64,000 nucleotides of DNA from Podarcis cretensis (taxonomy: Eukaryota): NCBI GenBank assembly GCA_951804945.1, contig OX638152.1:26970001-27034000 (forward strand). Direction: 5' to 3'. The notes beneath the pieces are model-generated. The model was not told the DNA's origin, did no database searches, and saw nothing but the letters and a program-made list of their open reading frames with translations. Position 1 is the stretch's first letter. Every line of letters begins with the position of its first letter. Shown here in pieces: positions 1 through 12,903 of this stretch. The position numbers were made by a program, and so were the translations under genes.

Positions 1-1739
1 AATGAACTATGTCTCATAGCCTAAGAGTTAAAATTTAACTCTATACTTAAAAATCTACCAGAATTTAATTCTTTTCTCTGACTTCTAATATTTATCTTCA
101 CATTTTCAATTATTCTCAACCATTGGGGCCATAGCTGTATAAGACATAAGACAGTGATAGCTAAAACCGTTCCAGGTTTTGCAACTCTTGAGTGAATCGC
201 CCCCACTCCAATGCCTCATATTGCCAAATGCTGAGCAGCATAACACCATAGCATGGATTAGTAACTAATCAAGAGTTGATCAGCATGTTTCCCCTTTTTC
301 ACGTTGGTGTTTTACTGCTTCCTCTTTTCAGTTGTGTATATGCCAATTGTACCCCAGAATATAGGTAATACAAGCATGTTAGAGTTCTATCCCCCCCTTG
401 GCATGCATGTAGGACTGTTTCTGGAAATGTGTTCAATCATGTCAACCCCTCACATGCAGTCTGAAGTGGCAAGACCAGGCACATTTTACCCCTATTTCTT
501 GTGAGAACAAGGTCGCAATATTAGCACTACTTATCCAGTTCTGTTGTTGGTTGTTTAGTCATTAACTACGAAGGTTGCTAAATTGGGCCATGTTATCACT
601 TTATCCAGTTTTAAGCTGAGTATTGGTTTTTCTACAGTTTTTGGGCTTCCAGCTTAATCATAGCCAATGAGGTTAATCCAAGGCATAATTATTGCTAGTT
701 GAAAATTTCCCCATCTTTCATTGATACATACTTGTTACTGAATAAATATGGACTACGCTGAAATTGCCAGACGCAAGGCAAATCCAGTTTCTCATTTTAT
801 CTGTTTCTAAAACCATTAGTCACTGTTGGGACAAAACCAAGAAACAAGTGACCATCATGTGAAAAGATCCATGCAACTGGACACTCAGTTCCCAGTCTCA
901 ATCTTGCCAAATATACATTTAATCAGGTTAGGCTATTCCTGGTTGAATAATAAATGCATCCAGATATTGCAAGGGGGAGGAATGAGCTACCACATTCATT
1001 CATTTTCCTGTTTTTCAGATCAAAATTGCCCTCCAGGGTGTGTTTCCCTTTTTGGACGATTATGCAGCTCTGGATGCTGTGAGTGATTTTGAGCTGAAAA
1101 ATAAGTAGAAGGGAAAGAGTTAGGCAGTTCTTCTCCAGCCACTACTTACTAAAAATTGATTGAGCCTTGGAAGAGACATATATAATTGAGTCCTTGCTTT
1201 GAACAGAGTTGGCTTTATGGAAAAAAATCTTCAGGAGATCTGAATTGCTGCTTAAGTGCTTGCATAGCTGGTAATCTACACTCTTATCAAGATCTGCATA
1301 AAACTAGTTGGACACATACATTAGGTATTGGTAAAGGCATGGTTTCTTGTCCAACTTAGTCATGTTCTTTAAGTTTAGTTTGACAAATGTAGATACGATT
1401 TCTTTTGGCATTCACCTGTTTTATTTGCACGAAAGTGTGTGTATATATATTTAAAAATCTTATCTTCTGTTTTTTGAAAATGAACTGTTTCAGTCGACAT
1501 GCTTCATATGCACACGCTTGTCATATAAGCAATGGTGATTTCAGTGTTCTGGAAAGAACCCCATTTAGAACAGGTTGGATGAAATTTCATTATTAGTTTA
1601 ATATTCCTGTGGATGTTGTCTTCTGACCTTACTTAAATATTCAGAAAACAATCTCATATCTTTTTGCTCTGGGTAATGTTCTTACCTCTTGATGGTTCTT
1701 TAATTATCTTTGTTGATACTGAACTTTGTGCAGCACACT

Positions 1740-1880
1740 TCTGAGATTTTACAATGGGTTGTTCATGCAGAGATTGGATGGCCATCTACCATGGATGCTT
1801 TAATTGAGTTTGCTGCATTACAGGGCGTTGGACTAGATGACCTTTGGCATCCTTTCCAACTCTACAATTCTTTGATTCTC
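1740..1880 (+). mobile_element. Degraded CR1 3' end
   Basis: ttggactagatgacc...ttccaactctacaattctttgattct. Confidence 0.6.
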
Positions 1881-3795
1881 TGTGTGGGGAGAGGTGAACT
1901 AAACAAGTAGATATTGGATTCAAGCATCCATGAGATCTCTGTTTTGGAATTAATATGTCTTCAATGAGGAGCGTAAGCTAAGGTCTGCTTCCAATCTGTT
2001 CCTGTAAAAAAATAATGAGAAGTAATTTTATCATGAGTCCATCCTAGGATAACTACATTGCAAGTATTTTGTATGGGTAGTTGTTCTCCAACTTCATTGG
2101 AGCGTGTGGGGAAGACACCCCTGGTTTAGAATAATTGTGAGACAAGAATTTTCCATGGGTATTTTGAATGGAATGGAATATATACTGGAGGAGCAAGCAG
2201 TACATCTATATCCAGCTAATTTTCTTGATGAGCCACTTAACTGAGCAATGGACAGTAAACCAGCTGTTCAGCTTCAATGTTTTAAAAGTTATCTGCTAGA
2301 AAACTTTATTGCTGCATTTAGTAGTAGGCACTGCACCTTAGGGCCAGCTTTAACCCAATGTCTGACTTCTGCTGTAGCTTACTGAATACTTATTTTGATG
2401 AGCAGGAAGCTTCTCTAGTGACATGAGTTTATGGGTCATTAAGTAAGTGCTTGCTTATTATATACAGCTCAGAGTTCATAATTTTATACTGTCTGAAAAC
2501 TCAGCAGGGCTTTCTTCACGACAGCAAGGATACAGCTTGTAAATAAGGATAGTTGCATTTCATAGTAAACCTTTGAGAGCGTATTGTGTGTGTGTGTTTC
2601 TGAATTGTTGAGTAATCACTGTTCTTGGAATTACTTTTATTACTTCATATTTACTTTGATAGGCAAGATGATACCTTAATTTTATAAACACGTCTGGGAT
2701 TTGAATGTACACCTTCAAAGCTTAAAATTAAAAGTATTTCATTATCACCTGTGTGTACCAGTAAAAACAGTTGTAATAAGAGATTATATGCCTTTCTTTG
2801 TGACCAACTCTTTGCGACTAAATATGTTAACTTGACATGGACAACCTTTCAAGGAAAAATTGTCTATCTCCTTTTGAGACATTTATGCCAGAACTTCCAA
2901 GGTTTCTCTTTTGAACAGTTGGATTGTATTTAATGAAATCTTACTCAGTGTAGACCCACTGAATTTACTGGGCTTAAGTTAGTCAAATCTACTGATTTCA
3001 GTGGGCTTACTCTGCCTATATTTGTTCATTTACAACCCATTATTTCCAAACCCAGTCCTTTCAGTCCTCTGGAATCTGTTCATAAATTCAGGTGTAAGAA
3101 TTTAGTATCCTGGTTGGAGGTATGTAGTAGGCAAAACTTTTGGTTTGACCTAGCACTACATATTTCAAACAAGTCTTAGTTTATTTGAAGTGATATAGAT
3201 GTGACTTTTCTAATGAAATGTCAGAAATATTAGGACCAAACTGTACAAGCCAGCTTGTTCTGCAATCCTATTGGATTTTCCTGGGAGTGAGTCCTATTAA
3301 ATTCCGTGGGACTTACGGTATTTCTGAGTAAATATGCACAGGATTGCACTGCGAGTCAAGGTGGAATCTAACTGGTGTCCCCAATTGGGAAGTGGAGGGA
3401 AAGTGATATTGTCTTCCTACTGCTCCCCATGCTACCCTGTTCTGGAGTGTTTCCCCCATCTCTCTGGCACTGATGTTTTATGGGTGCTGCGGGGGGGGGG
3501 GAATGCCTCCCTTTCTTTTACATTAGTAGGGGTATCTGTCTGCAGGATCAAAAGTTCCTCAGTTAAGTGCAAGGGCACCAACTGGAATCCACTCCAAACT
3601 ATTTTGGCTTGTTGACTCCTCTCAACTTCCTTTTCCAAGCCACGGCAAGTCAGATGACCAGAGTCAGAAATTTTACTTGCAAATTGTTTCCTATTCCACC
3701 AATCAAACCAAATATATGTTCTCATCTAGTTCTAGTTTGAGTTTCAGACTAAGGGATGTTGGGAGTGCCCTGGTTTTTTTCCTTCTTTTCCATAG

Positions 3796-3957
3796 CCAAG
3801 GAAGTATCGACTGGGGATGCTGGAGGAGAGAATAGTTCCGGTGGGATCAAAGGCAAGAAAATCAAAGAACACTATTGGCTGCTTGGCTGACAGGTGTAAA
3901 ACAGGAGTACCCATCAATATGGTTTGGTGGAACAGAGTCACAGAAAACAATTTACAG
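3796..3957 (+). CDS. PAN3: PAN3 cassette exon (human exon 5 equivalent, 54 aa, Pan3L-specific)
   Basis: ttttccatag|CCA...TTACAG|gtaaaa; 162 nt, phase 0/0; translates PRKYRLGMLEERIVPVGSKARKSKNTIGCLADRCKTGVPINMVWWNRVTENNLQ, matching the recalled human PAN3 segment. Confidence 0.95.
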
Positions 3958-5225
3958 GTAAAATTACTTTTTTCTAGTCACTTTAATTAATTTTGGCTAC
4001 TATTTTTATTTTTTCAAAAATGCTGAAGTTAGATACATATGATGGGCAGAAATTTGGCCGAAATCTTCACAGGTCAAATGTACAAATGACAACAAAAGTG
4101 ACTATCTAATAAACTACACACTTCTCAACTAATGTTCTGTATCATCTAGTTTGGGTGGCAAGAGTAATCTATTTTAAGAAAAGACATTAGAAGTTGAAAC
4201 TTATTTTCTTTGAAATAGCTGAAATAATTTGAACAGTATTTAGACCCTCCAGATGTTGCTAGACTGCAGCTCCTGTTATCGCTAAACATAGGCTGTGCTG
4301 GCTGGGGCTGTGAAAAGTTGAGAGTCCATCAACATCTGGAGAACCGCAGATGTTTCAGAGAGCAATCGTAGTGCAAAACTATGTTATCTAGCCCACAGAA
4401 GAAAACTCACTCAGCATCTAGTGACTTAAATTGCCTTTGGTTATCTTTGACGCTACTGTGAGTAGCCCTGTGATTAGCACCCTAGGGACTTTCAAAGGGC
4501 ATTATTGCTATATGTTGTGTTGAGGCTCTAGATGGGTACTTGTTCCAGTGGAATAGAGAGGCACACTCAACCTCTAAGATAAAAACAGACTGAGACAAGA
4601 GTAGTTCACAGAATTAGCATGAGACTGGGAAGAATGGTCACCCAGTGAATTACCCCCCACTTTCTTACAACTCTTGTTTGCTTCTGCTGTATATGGGAAC
4701 AATAGCATTTTTACTGTTCTTTGTGTAAATCATACTAATAGTTTTCTTGTGTAGTGCCAGGTAGTTAATGTAGCTTGTAGGCTATATTGTTGCACAAGTC
4801 AGAGGCGTTACAGAGGATGTTTTCCCCTTTAGGACTTGACTTACTCAGTGTTTGCTTTGGCTGATCTTAGGGTTAGAATGACCTGATTTCAGTTAAACTG
4901 TGATTTGAAGTTAAGTGTGTCTTTGGTTTCACATCGGAAAAGTCATACAAAGAGAGAGAGAGAATGAACTCAAGCTGATTAACTTAGTGTTGCTGTTGTG
5001 GTGGCGGTGTTTGTCAGTAGTTGAACTTAAGTATCCAAGAAGGAAGAATGGTTTACAGCATTCCATATTGTACATTATATAGAGAAGTCACAATGCATGT
5101 GCAAAGGGTACACGCTAAGTAGGTTGCCGAACTGAAAGGTTTTGTAGAAAAATGTGGCCTCTTCAAGTTTGTATTGTCCTCCCCCCCCCCCCCCGTCTAG
5201 TAACCTGTGTTTCTCAGTGCGTGTG

Positions 5226-5260
5226 CACACACACACACACACACACCTATATACACACAC
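5226..5260. repeat. (CA)n microsatellite
   Basis: Direct inspection. Confidence 0.85.
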
Positions 5261-5314
5261 AGATTGCATCCTTGGTTATTTTATTATATGTACACCACAT
5301 TATCTGCTGCTTTT

Positions 5315-5392
5315 ATGGAAATCATGGAAATTTTACTTCTCTATTCCACCGAAGAGCTCAACGTTGTGCGCTCCCCGCGCCCCTCTAAAAGA
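5315..5392 (+). CDS. PAN3: Candidate alternative first coding exon of PAN3
   Basis: ATG-initiated 26 codons MEIMEILLLYSTEELNVVRSPRPSKR ending at AGA|gtaagt donor, phase 0, compatible with exon 11903; locally CpG-retaining. Confidence 0.5.
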
Positions 5393-6485
5393 GTAAGTTT
5401 GCCTGAGAGAATGTCACAACTGTTTTTAGTTGCTAGGTTTATGAATATTGAAAAGAACCAGATTGATGTACATAAACTAAGCACGTTTGCCTTGTTTGTA
5501 TGGATGTTGTACTTCAGTTCTTGCACATCATGTATGATTTAATGGAATTTGCAGCATTAAATCGCTGCGTTGTGGTATAATACACCACTTGCAGCAACAT
5601 CTGCAGTAATTGTAGATTTGGCCTGTACATTCTGCAAATCTCTGTTTTATACATGTTGGTCCCTTAACATGTTTCCATTGCAGCTTGTAAAACAAAGATG
5701 TAGGGTCTCATTGTTAGAACCCAGAGCCATTGCCAAAGGACCAGGCTTCAGCATCAGCATAGCAGCAGTGCTGTTTCAGTACAGAAGTGGGGATAAAAGT
5801 CCCCCCAAGGCAAGAATGATTTGACTTAGGAGAATCTCAAGCTGATATGGCTCTTACAGCCATTTAGACTACAGTAGGTGGCCTAACTTGCCCGTCCTCT
5901 CCCTCATGTTCACCTCCATTCTCTTTATCTGCAGCACAAATGAGCCAGGAAAGGGTGTGTGTACATTGTGTGAATTGCAAGATCTGCAGCCAGTGGATGA
6001 GAATCCAGCCCACTATCTCATGCTACTGAGCTCTTTTAATTGTCGTACTTCTAACTAATTTCACTATATTGTAGAGGTGGTTGATTTGTGGCCAGTCTGT
6101 AACCCTCCCGAGGATTCTGATACTGGAATTAGCCTTATACTGGGATTCTGAGAATCTTAGTGAGGTGGCAAAGCTGATGTTTATGATGTCTGTTATAATA
6201 CATTTTGGCCTTATTCTGTAAACGAGACATAAAAGTCATGATCTGAGGCATAATGGGGTCACATTGTGACCGTTGTGTTTTGAGTTTTTTAACTATCCAT
6301 GTTGATCTCTTCTCAATATAAACTATTCTAGAAAGGACCATGACTTGGTGTTTCATAAGGTCAGTTAAAAAAGGTCATGCATGTGCCATTAACTAGGTTT
6401 TGATCAAGCAGAGTTTGTAATAAGACACATGGTTTCTTGCTGCTCTGTAAATTTAAATAATTTGTTAGTATAAACCTAACATGTA

Positions 6486-6695
6486 GATAAATAGGGACCG
6501 CTTACCAGCGGGAAGGTAAACGGCGTTTCCGTGTGCGGCTCTGGCTCGCCAGAGCAGCGATGTCACGCTGGCCACGTGACCCGGAAGTGTCTCCGGACAG
6601 CGCTGGCCCCTGGCCTCTTAAGTGAGATGGGCGCACAACCCCAGAGTCTGTCAAGACTGGCCCATACGGGCAGGGGTACCTTTACCTTTACCTTT
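6486..6695 (+). mobile_element. Sauria SINE (Squam1), 5'-truncated
   Basis: Body ggtaaacggcgtttcc...ggccacgtgacccgga, (ACCTTT)n tail, 9-bp TSD TAACATGTA at 6477-6485 and 6696-6704. Confidence 0.85.
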
Positions 6696-6830
6696 TAACA
6701 TGTACTAAAGTTAAAAAGGACCAAGCAGATTCCAGAAGTGTAGTTGTGTTAGTCTGTTATGATGCCACAGTCTCTTGACCTTCAAGGCACCGTAACATTC
6801 TTTGCTGAATCTTGAGAAATTCAGAAAAAC

Positions 6831-7977
6831 GGGGGGCCACTAGGGGGCGCATTGGAAGATGGCCGACAATACCATCTCTCCGACCCACACGGGGTAATTA
6901 AGAGGCTGTTATGGGAGTAGGCAGCCTCCCTTGTTGCCCCAAGGAAATGGGGAACACTGCCCTTGCCTGCTGTGCCCATAAATCACCCCCTAATTCGAAA
7001 GAAGGGGGTGAGGGCCCTAGGCAGAATGCCCCCGTGTGGACCTTGGCTCTCCTGGATGCTGTCTCTGATCACGCACTAGTTGCAGCAATTTGGAATAATT
7101 AATTACAAAAGAAGCAAATGCACATATTTCAAGTGAAGAAGGGGAGTGAAGTCTGCTAATTTAAGTGACCTCTGCGAAAGAAGACGACGGGCTGGAGAAA
7201 CAGGAATATTTTACGATGAAGATACACCAAAGGCGGGGTATGTTGACAACGGGGCTGAATGGGGAGGGGAACCTTTTTTACTTTCCTTCTATGTGATTTA
7301 CAAGAACCCCTCCTCATTAGAACCAACGGTTGAACTGACCCAAGCAGGATGATTAAGGTCTGTGTGGAGATAAACTTTAACCAAAAGTATGCTTTATGGA
7401 GACCGAGAAGCAATAAGAGCTTTTGGGAATGGCGCAGCAATTAATTCGGAGTCGCCATCTTGCCAAAGGATTTATAGCCAGGAGGAAGAACGGATTTGTT
7501 TTCAGACTGCATTCCTAGTGAATCTCCTCAGAGGTTTTGAGAAAGGAGGCAGATTGGTGAAGATTAATGACGCTAAGACTGTTTTGATGTATGGAAGTGA
7601 TGTTATATGGAAAACGTCTGGATATGGCTACTGGATAAAAAAAAAAATATCCATGCAGGATTACAAACTGTTCTAACCAGCTTGCGGAGACTATCAGAGG
7701 TCACAAAGAGAAAGGAAAAATATATGAAAATAACAACAAGAGATGTGGAAAAATAATAAGAAAGGACTGGATAGTACTGTGAACATCATAAGGTTAGATT
7801 TGTGGACATTAAAACAGCAGTAAGAAGCAAGAAGTTGATTGGATCCCTTCGGAACTTGAAATATGGGTACCCCCAACAAAAAATTAAAATTCGGCTGTGT
7901 AATTTGGAATTTATGTAATTTGGTTTGATTTGATGTGATTGGTCGGTTAATAAAAAATTATTCTTAAAAAAAAAAGA
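6831..7977 (+). mobile_element. Non-autonomous L1-mobilised retroelement, ~1.15 kb
   Basis: 17-bp TSD GAGAAATTCAGAAAAAC (6814-6830 and 7978-7994); G-run 5' end; AATAAA plus poly(A) 3' end; no long ORF. Confidence 0.85.
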
Positions 7978-8873
7978 GAGAAATTCAGAAAAACACTTCC
8001 AGGATATTTCAGTTTTTTCCTGTATTTTAGAGTCTCATTTCAATTAAGCATTCAGATGTGTACATGATGACAGATTTGGCCCTTGTTTGCTAAATTGTTT
8101 ACTCTTCCATCTAAAGAAGTATGTTGTGGCCCTTAGTTGGAATTTGTGAATGTACTAGTTTGTTCCTGAACAGTTACAGCTTTGAGTTTTCCCCTTTTGT
8201 TGCTTCCTTAAAAAGGAAAGGCAATTCTAGAAAAGCTATTTGAATTTATTCTTCTAGACCATGAATGAAGAACCCAAGGTCTGTAGACAGTAAAAGACTC
8301 TTACACATCATTTCTGTGTAACCACTTGCAACCAGCTACAACATGTTATCTGTTTATTTGGTATCTCTCCCTCTTCCCTGGTCCAGCTGCAGCCCATCTT
8401 CAGTGAGGATGAGAATGTTGTACCTTAAGAAGATACAGAAGATGCTTGCCTTAAGGCTGTGTGTTGTGGGAGGAAGATGCTAGTAATAGACCTGACAATA
8501 GAAGCAGAGCCTGAGGATCATAGTGCTTGTTTGAGAAAACCTACGTTGTGGGGAAAGGTTTTGTGCCTGAGTTCTGGCAGAAAGGGGAGAAACAATGTCT
8601 GTCTGCTTTGAAGAAAATGTGTACATGTCTGTTTTAAGGAAGAGGGAGAATGTTTATTGCTGTGATAGGTGCATACATTGATTTATGTAGAATATATTCA
8701 GGTATTTGTTGAGATTCCCTCAGGGTCCCTTCCAACTCTGCAATTTTATGATTCAATGTGGAAAAAGGAAATGGGAGTAGTGTAATTTTTAACATGTGTG
8801 AAGACAGTTGGCTAATCAGCATTTTTATACTATGTGAACAACTTAGCTTTATATTTTTCATTAAGCTGCATAT

Positions 8874-8956
8874 GTTGTTGTTTAGTTGTTTAGTTGTGTC
8901 CGACTCTTCGCGACCCCATGGACCAGAGCACGCCAGGCACTCCTGTCTTCCACTGC
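8874..8956 (-). mobile_element. Bov-B/RTE LINE 3' end fragment
   Basis: Reverse complement reads ...catggggtcgcgaagagtcggacacaactaaacaactaaacaacaac; flanked by a CTGCATAT direct repeat. Confidence 0.8.
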
Positions 8957-11902
8957 ATATATATTCTGCTAAATAAGTAAAAATAAAATTGGCAATTTGG
9001 ACTTTAAATGCTTGTGTTAACTGTCCTATTTATATCCTGTACTTGAGATTTTATTAATGGTATAAAGATGTAAAATGGGGACCTATGCATTCATTTGAAT
9101 CAAAGAGATAGTGAACAAAATATTTGTTCTTGATTGAATCAACAGCCAACTTGCCGATTTTTTAATTTATAAAAAAACCAGAGAAGATATTCACTAATTA
9201 ATTAACCAGATCAAACTAAAATGAAATCTTGTTTATGAGCAAAACCCTTGTTTATGAATACTGCTTTTGTCTTAGAAGCCAAGTCTCCTACCTAGAACTC
9301 TTTTTTCTCCTTCGGAAAATTGCCTTGGATGTGAAGGGTGACCTTAACATTAGCTGTAATACAACCACTTTGAATTTCCTCCCACCACTTTCATGTATAT
9401 CTTTGGCAGACTATCTGGTATTCCAGCAGGGTTATCTCTCCCCCTTTATTGAAGAATTATCACACCAATCTAAAAACCATATATAAAAAAAGCAAAAAGA
9501 AAAATTGTGATAGCGCTCATTTAACACGAATGGAAAGAGTAAATACTAAATGACATAAGTACATTGGGTAAGACAGATCCATGAGCACAATCACCAGATT
9601 TAAAATACACTCAAGCACAAGTAGGGGTGAAGTGAATTTTAAACTTTATTATTCTGCTAATGAATAAAAATGCTCAATTTAGCTATATCTTGGTCATTTT
9701 ACTGTTTCCCCTCTCTGACTCTAATTATGCTAAGCTTTTGTTAGCTAACTAATGACTAACCATACTGTGATTAATAGATCTATTATCATTTCTCTGACAT
9801 CTGGTAGTATTGTATCTTTTACATAGCCAGTAGAACAACCAGTGGCCCATCGAACTTTTTTGACAGTTTAATGTTGGAAGTGTGGTGCTTAGTTGGTTGA
9901 TAGGGTCAAAGGATACCCTAAATTTATCAGGCAGCAGGTTAACTCTGTCCAGGCCATCTTAGGCACTGACTGAAGACACTCTTTACCACAGACAAAGCTG
10001 AACCCAGGAGTACACACAGACCAGGAACATAGTCCTTTAGGGGAAGTGCAGCCCATCCAGAACAGGTCTCTTTGCTCAAGTGAACCACCTAAACCTAGAA
10101 CTTCTGTTTATTGGCCTGCATCTGTCATGTGATTCTTTCTTTTGCTTTACTAATTCCAGGCACTGGATAGAAGAGGCACTGCCGCTTTCTGCTTTCACAG
10201 GAGGAAGTGCCTGTTCTGAAATGATGCTTGCTATGAAATGTGTACGCATCATTTAAAAATCGTGTGATTTCTTCAGAATTACTTTATGACCATTAAAATA
10301 TATGCAGATTTTATATTTACATGCCTTAAGGGAACTGTTTCTCCCGGTGGCTTAAACAAGTTTGTCCTGTTGTGATGGATTTATTGTGGTTTTTCTCTTG
10401 TGTAAGCAGACCTTTGTCATATTTAACAGAAAGGCAGCATCTACATGTTCTGAATACTGAATTGATTTAATAGGTGTATGATCAACCAAGATGTCTTTAA
10501 TTGGATGATAGCACTAATTAATATCAATGCAGAGTTTATCTCTCAACTCCAAAAACATGAGGGCAAAGTCAAAAATGTAAGTGAAGAATTTGCCACTTAT
10601 TTGCTATATGCTAATATAGGAGAGGGGAATTGGTTCTGGCCAGTGGGCTGGATCCAGAATTCCCCCACTCTTTGTGGGCTACTTTGACAGATGGGTAGGG
10701 CTGCCTACCTGTCAGTCAGTCACCTGGTGTCTTCAGGTAATTCAACTTCAAAGGAAGAATCAGAGGTGTGTTCTAAATGCATTTCTGATACTTCCTTTCT
10801 TCTTTTGTAGCCATGCCTTGAATTGAAGCTGCAGAAGCAAAGGAAGAATCAGGAGCACCATCTAAATGTGCTCTGGATTCTTCCTTTCTGGTTGTAATTT
10901 GGTGTTTTTTGAATATGATGTCAGGTGATGGACAGGTGGATGTGGGCCAAATTGGGAGGCCTGGCAGGTACACTTAGGGGGCTTAAGGTTCCCCACTGTT
11001 GTGATAATGCTCTACATTTAGTTTGCTTGTTAATTTGTATTCTGCCTTTGGTCCAAGTTGCCCAGAACAGTGTTTAACTTCTCAACAACCTTGCAAGAAT
11101 TGTTCTACTGAGAAATTGTAATTTGTTCCAGTTAGCTTTCTGACAGCATCAGGTTTTGAATTAAAATTTCCCAAACACAACTTCAGCTTGTTTAAAAGTA
11201 TCTAATGTAGAAAAATCCTTAGAATTAAAGGGAAATGAACATCTTTAAAAATAATGGAAATGTGGAACAGAGATTAAAATGACTTCGCCAATAAAGTAGT
11301 TTTTGTAACTTAAAATAGGAAGCTTTCCTGAGAGCTGCTTACAATCTAGTTCTCTTAAGCATAATTGATTGCTCTAAGAGCTGGCCATTATTAGCATAAT
11401 TGATACTTCTAATTCCACTTATAAACTCATAGTATTCCCAGTTTCCTTGCCTCAAAATTTAGCTGAGCAGTGTGTAATGCAAACTTGTAGATTATGAAGG
11501 AAGTTGTATGGAAACAGAATTTCAAGTAGGTTTCCTATGACCAGGATTCAAGGAATGCATATCTCCAGTCAAGGGAGCTATACCTAGCTCATAGAATGTA
11601 CAACTCTTTTCTTTGGGCCACAGAAAGCCATGTCTTATTACAAACTCTATTAGGTTTTGAAAGGTTTGCAATGCAGTATGCTGAAAATTGTCGGGGGAGG
11701 GGGGGCAACAGTTCTAAAAAACCCGTTCAACTTTTGGAATTACCGGTAGTTGTAGTTCTTTGGATCCTGGCCTATGTCTGTTAGTTTTTAATAACCTACT
11801 AAAAATGTTTGCGTTCTTAACTTTAAACCCACTAATTTATTCAGTAAACAAATCTATTTTCACACTTAACACATACTCTGTTTTAAATTTTTTTTTAAAC
11901 AG

Positions 11903-12053
11903 ACACCAAATCCCGCGGCAAGCGAGTTTATTCCTAAAGGAGGATCAACCTCCCGACTCAGTAATATGTCACAGTCAAATATATCTGCCTTCTCTCAAGC
12001 CTTGTTCTCTCATCCTTCCATGGGAGGTCCTGCAAACGCTGGCCTAGCTCCAG
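11903..12053 (+). CDS. PAN3: PAN3 exon 6 (PAM2 motif TPNPAASEFIPKG)
   Basis: ttttaaacag|ACA...CCAG|gtaagc; TPNPAASEFIPKGGSTSRLSNMSQSNISAFSQALFSHPSMGGPANAGLAP. Confidence 0.96.
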
Positions 12054-12151
12054 GTAAGCTTAGAGTAATTTATTTGCACTAGCTTATGAATCACAGTAGC
12101 ACTAGGGAAGCTTATTACATCTAGGAACTGACTCTTCCTAAGCTCTATTTA

Positions 12152-12320
12152 CCGTATTTTTCGCTCTATAACACGCACCTGACCATAACACGCACGTAGT
12201 TTTTAGAGGAAGAAAATCGGTAGGCATGCCACCCGTAGGCATTCCCTCCATAACACGGACAGACATTTCCCCTTACTTTTTAGGAGGAAAAAAGTGAGTG
12301 TTATGGTGCAAAAAATACGG
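12152..12320. mobile_element. Tc1/mariner (Tc2-like) MITE
   Basis: TIRs CCGTATTTTT...AAAAATACGG with TA flanks. Confidence 0.85.
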
Positions 12321-12717
12321 TATTTAAAGTCTTACATAGCAGCCGTGTCATCTTCAGGTGTTATCAGTTTTGTACCTGCACTTTGCACATTTCAGCACCT
12401 TAAGTGTAGTTCTTGCAGCCGTCAAGGTTTCCTGCAGCATCTTAGCATTACCAAGTTTTAGAAGGAGCTTGTCTGTCAGCTTTGTTTGCAACCGTTATTT
12501 AAGGGGTCTCTCTTAACTGAATTCATTTTCAGAATGTTTAGAACTATCATTAACATTTTATCTGAAAAACGGAAGTACAAGATTATCTTGGAGGTATAAA
12601 AACAACAACCTACCAGGCAAAGGACAACTCCCCACCTCACCTCCAAAGCCTATGAATAGTTCCCAGCATAGATAATATGTGAACATGTTTAAAGCCTATA
12701 AATCAGAAAGACTAGAT

Positions 12718-12903
12718 CAGGGATAGTCAACGTTTTTATACCAACCACCCACTAATGCATCTTCCTTGATGGTAAAATTTCCTTACTGCCCACCAGTGCT
12801 CGATGGAAGGAGGATTCAGTCTGTACCGTAGAACCCCCTACCGCCCACCTAGAATCCTAAAACACCCACTAGTGGGCGGTAGGGACCAGGTTGACAACCC
12901 CTG
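12718..12903. mobile_element. hAT MITE
   Basis: TIRs CAGGGATAGTCAAC...GTTGACAACCCCTG, 8-bp TSD GACTAGAT. Confidence 0.88.

Noticed and set aside
6911-7676. Three short ORFs inside the 1.15 kb retroelement as ORF1/ORF2 remnants
   Set aside because: No recognisable coiled-coil, RRM, endonuclease or RT motifs; treated as non-coding pending an HMM search
9875-9985. Possible ancient tRNA-SINE remnant
   Set aside because: Only vague A-box-like similarity; cannot be supported without a Dfam search
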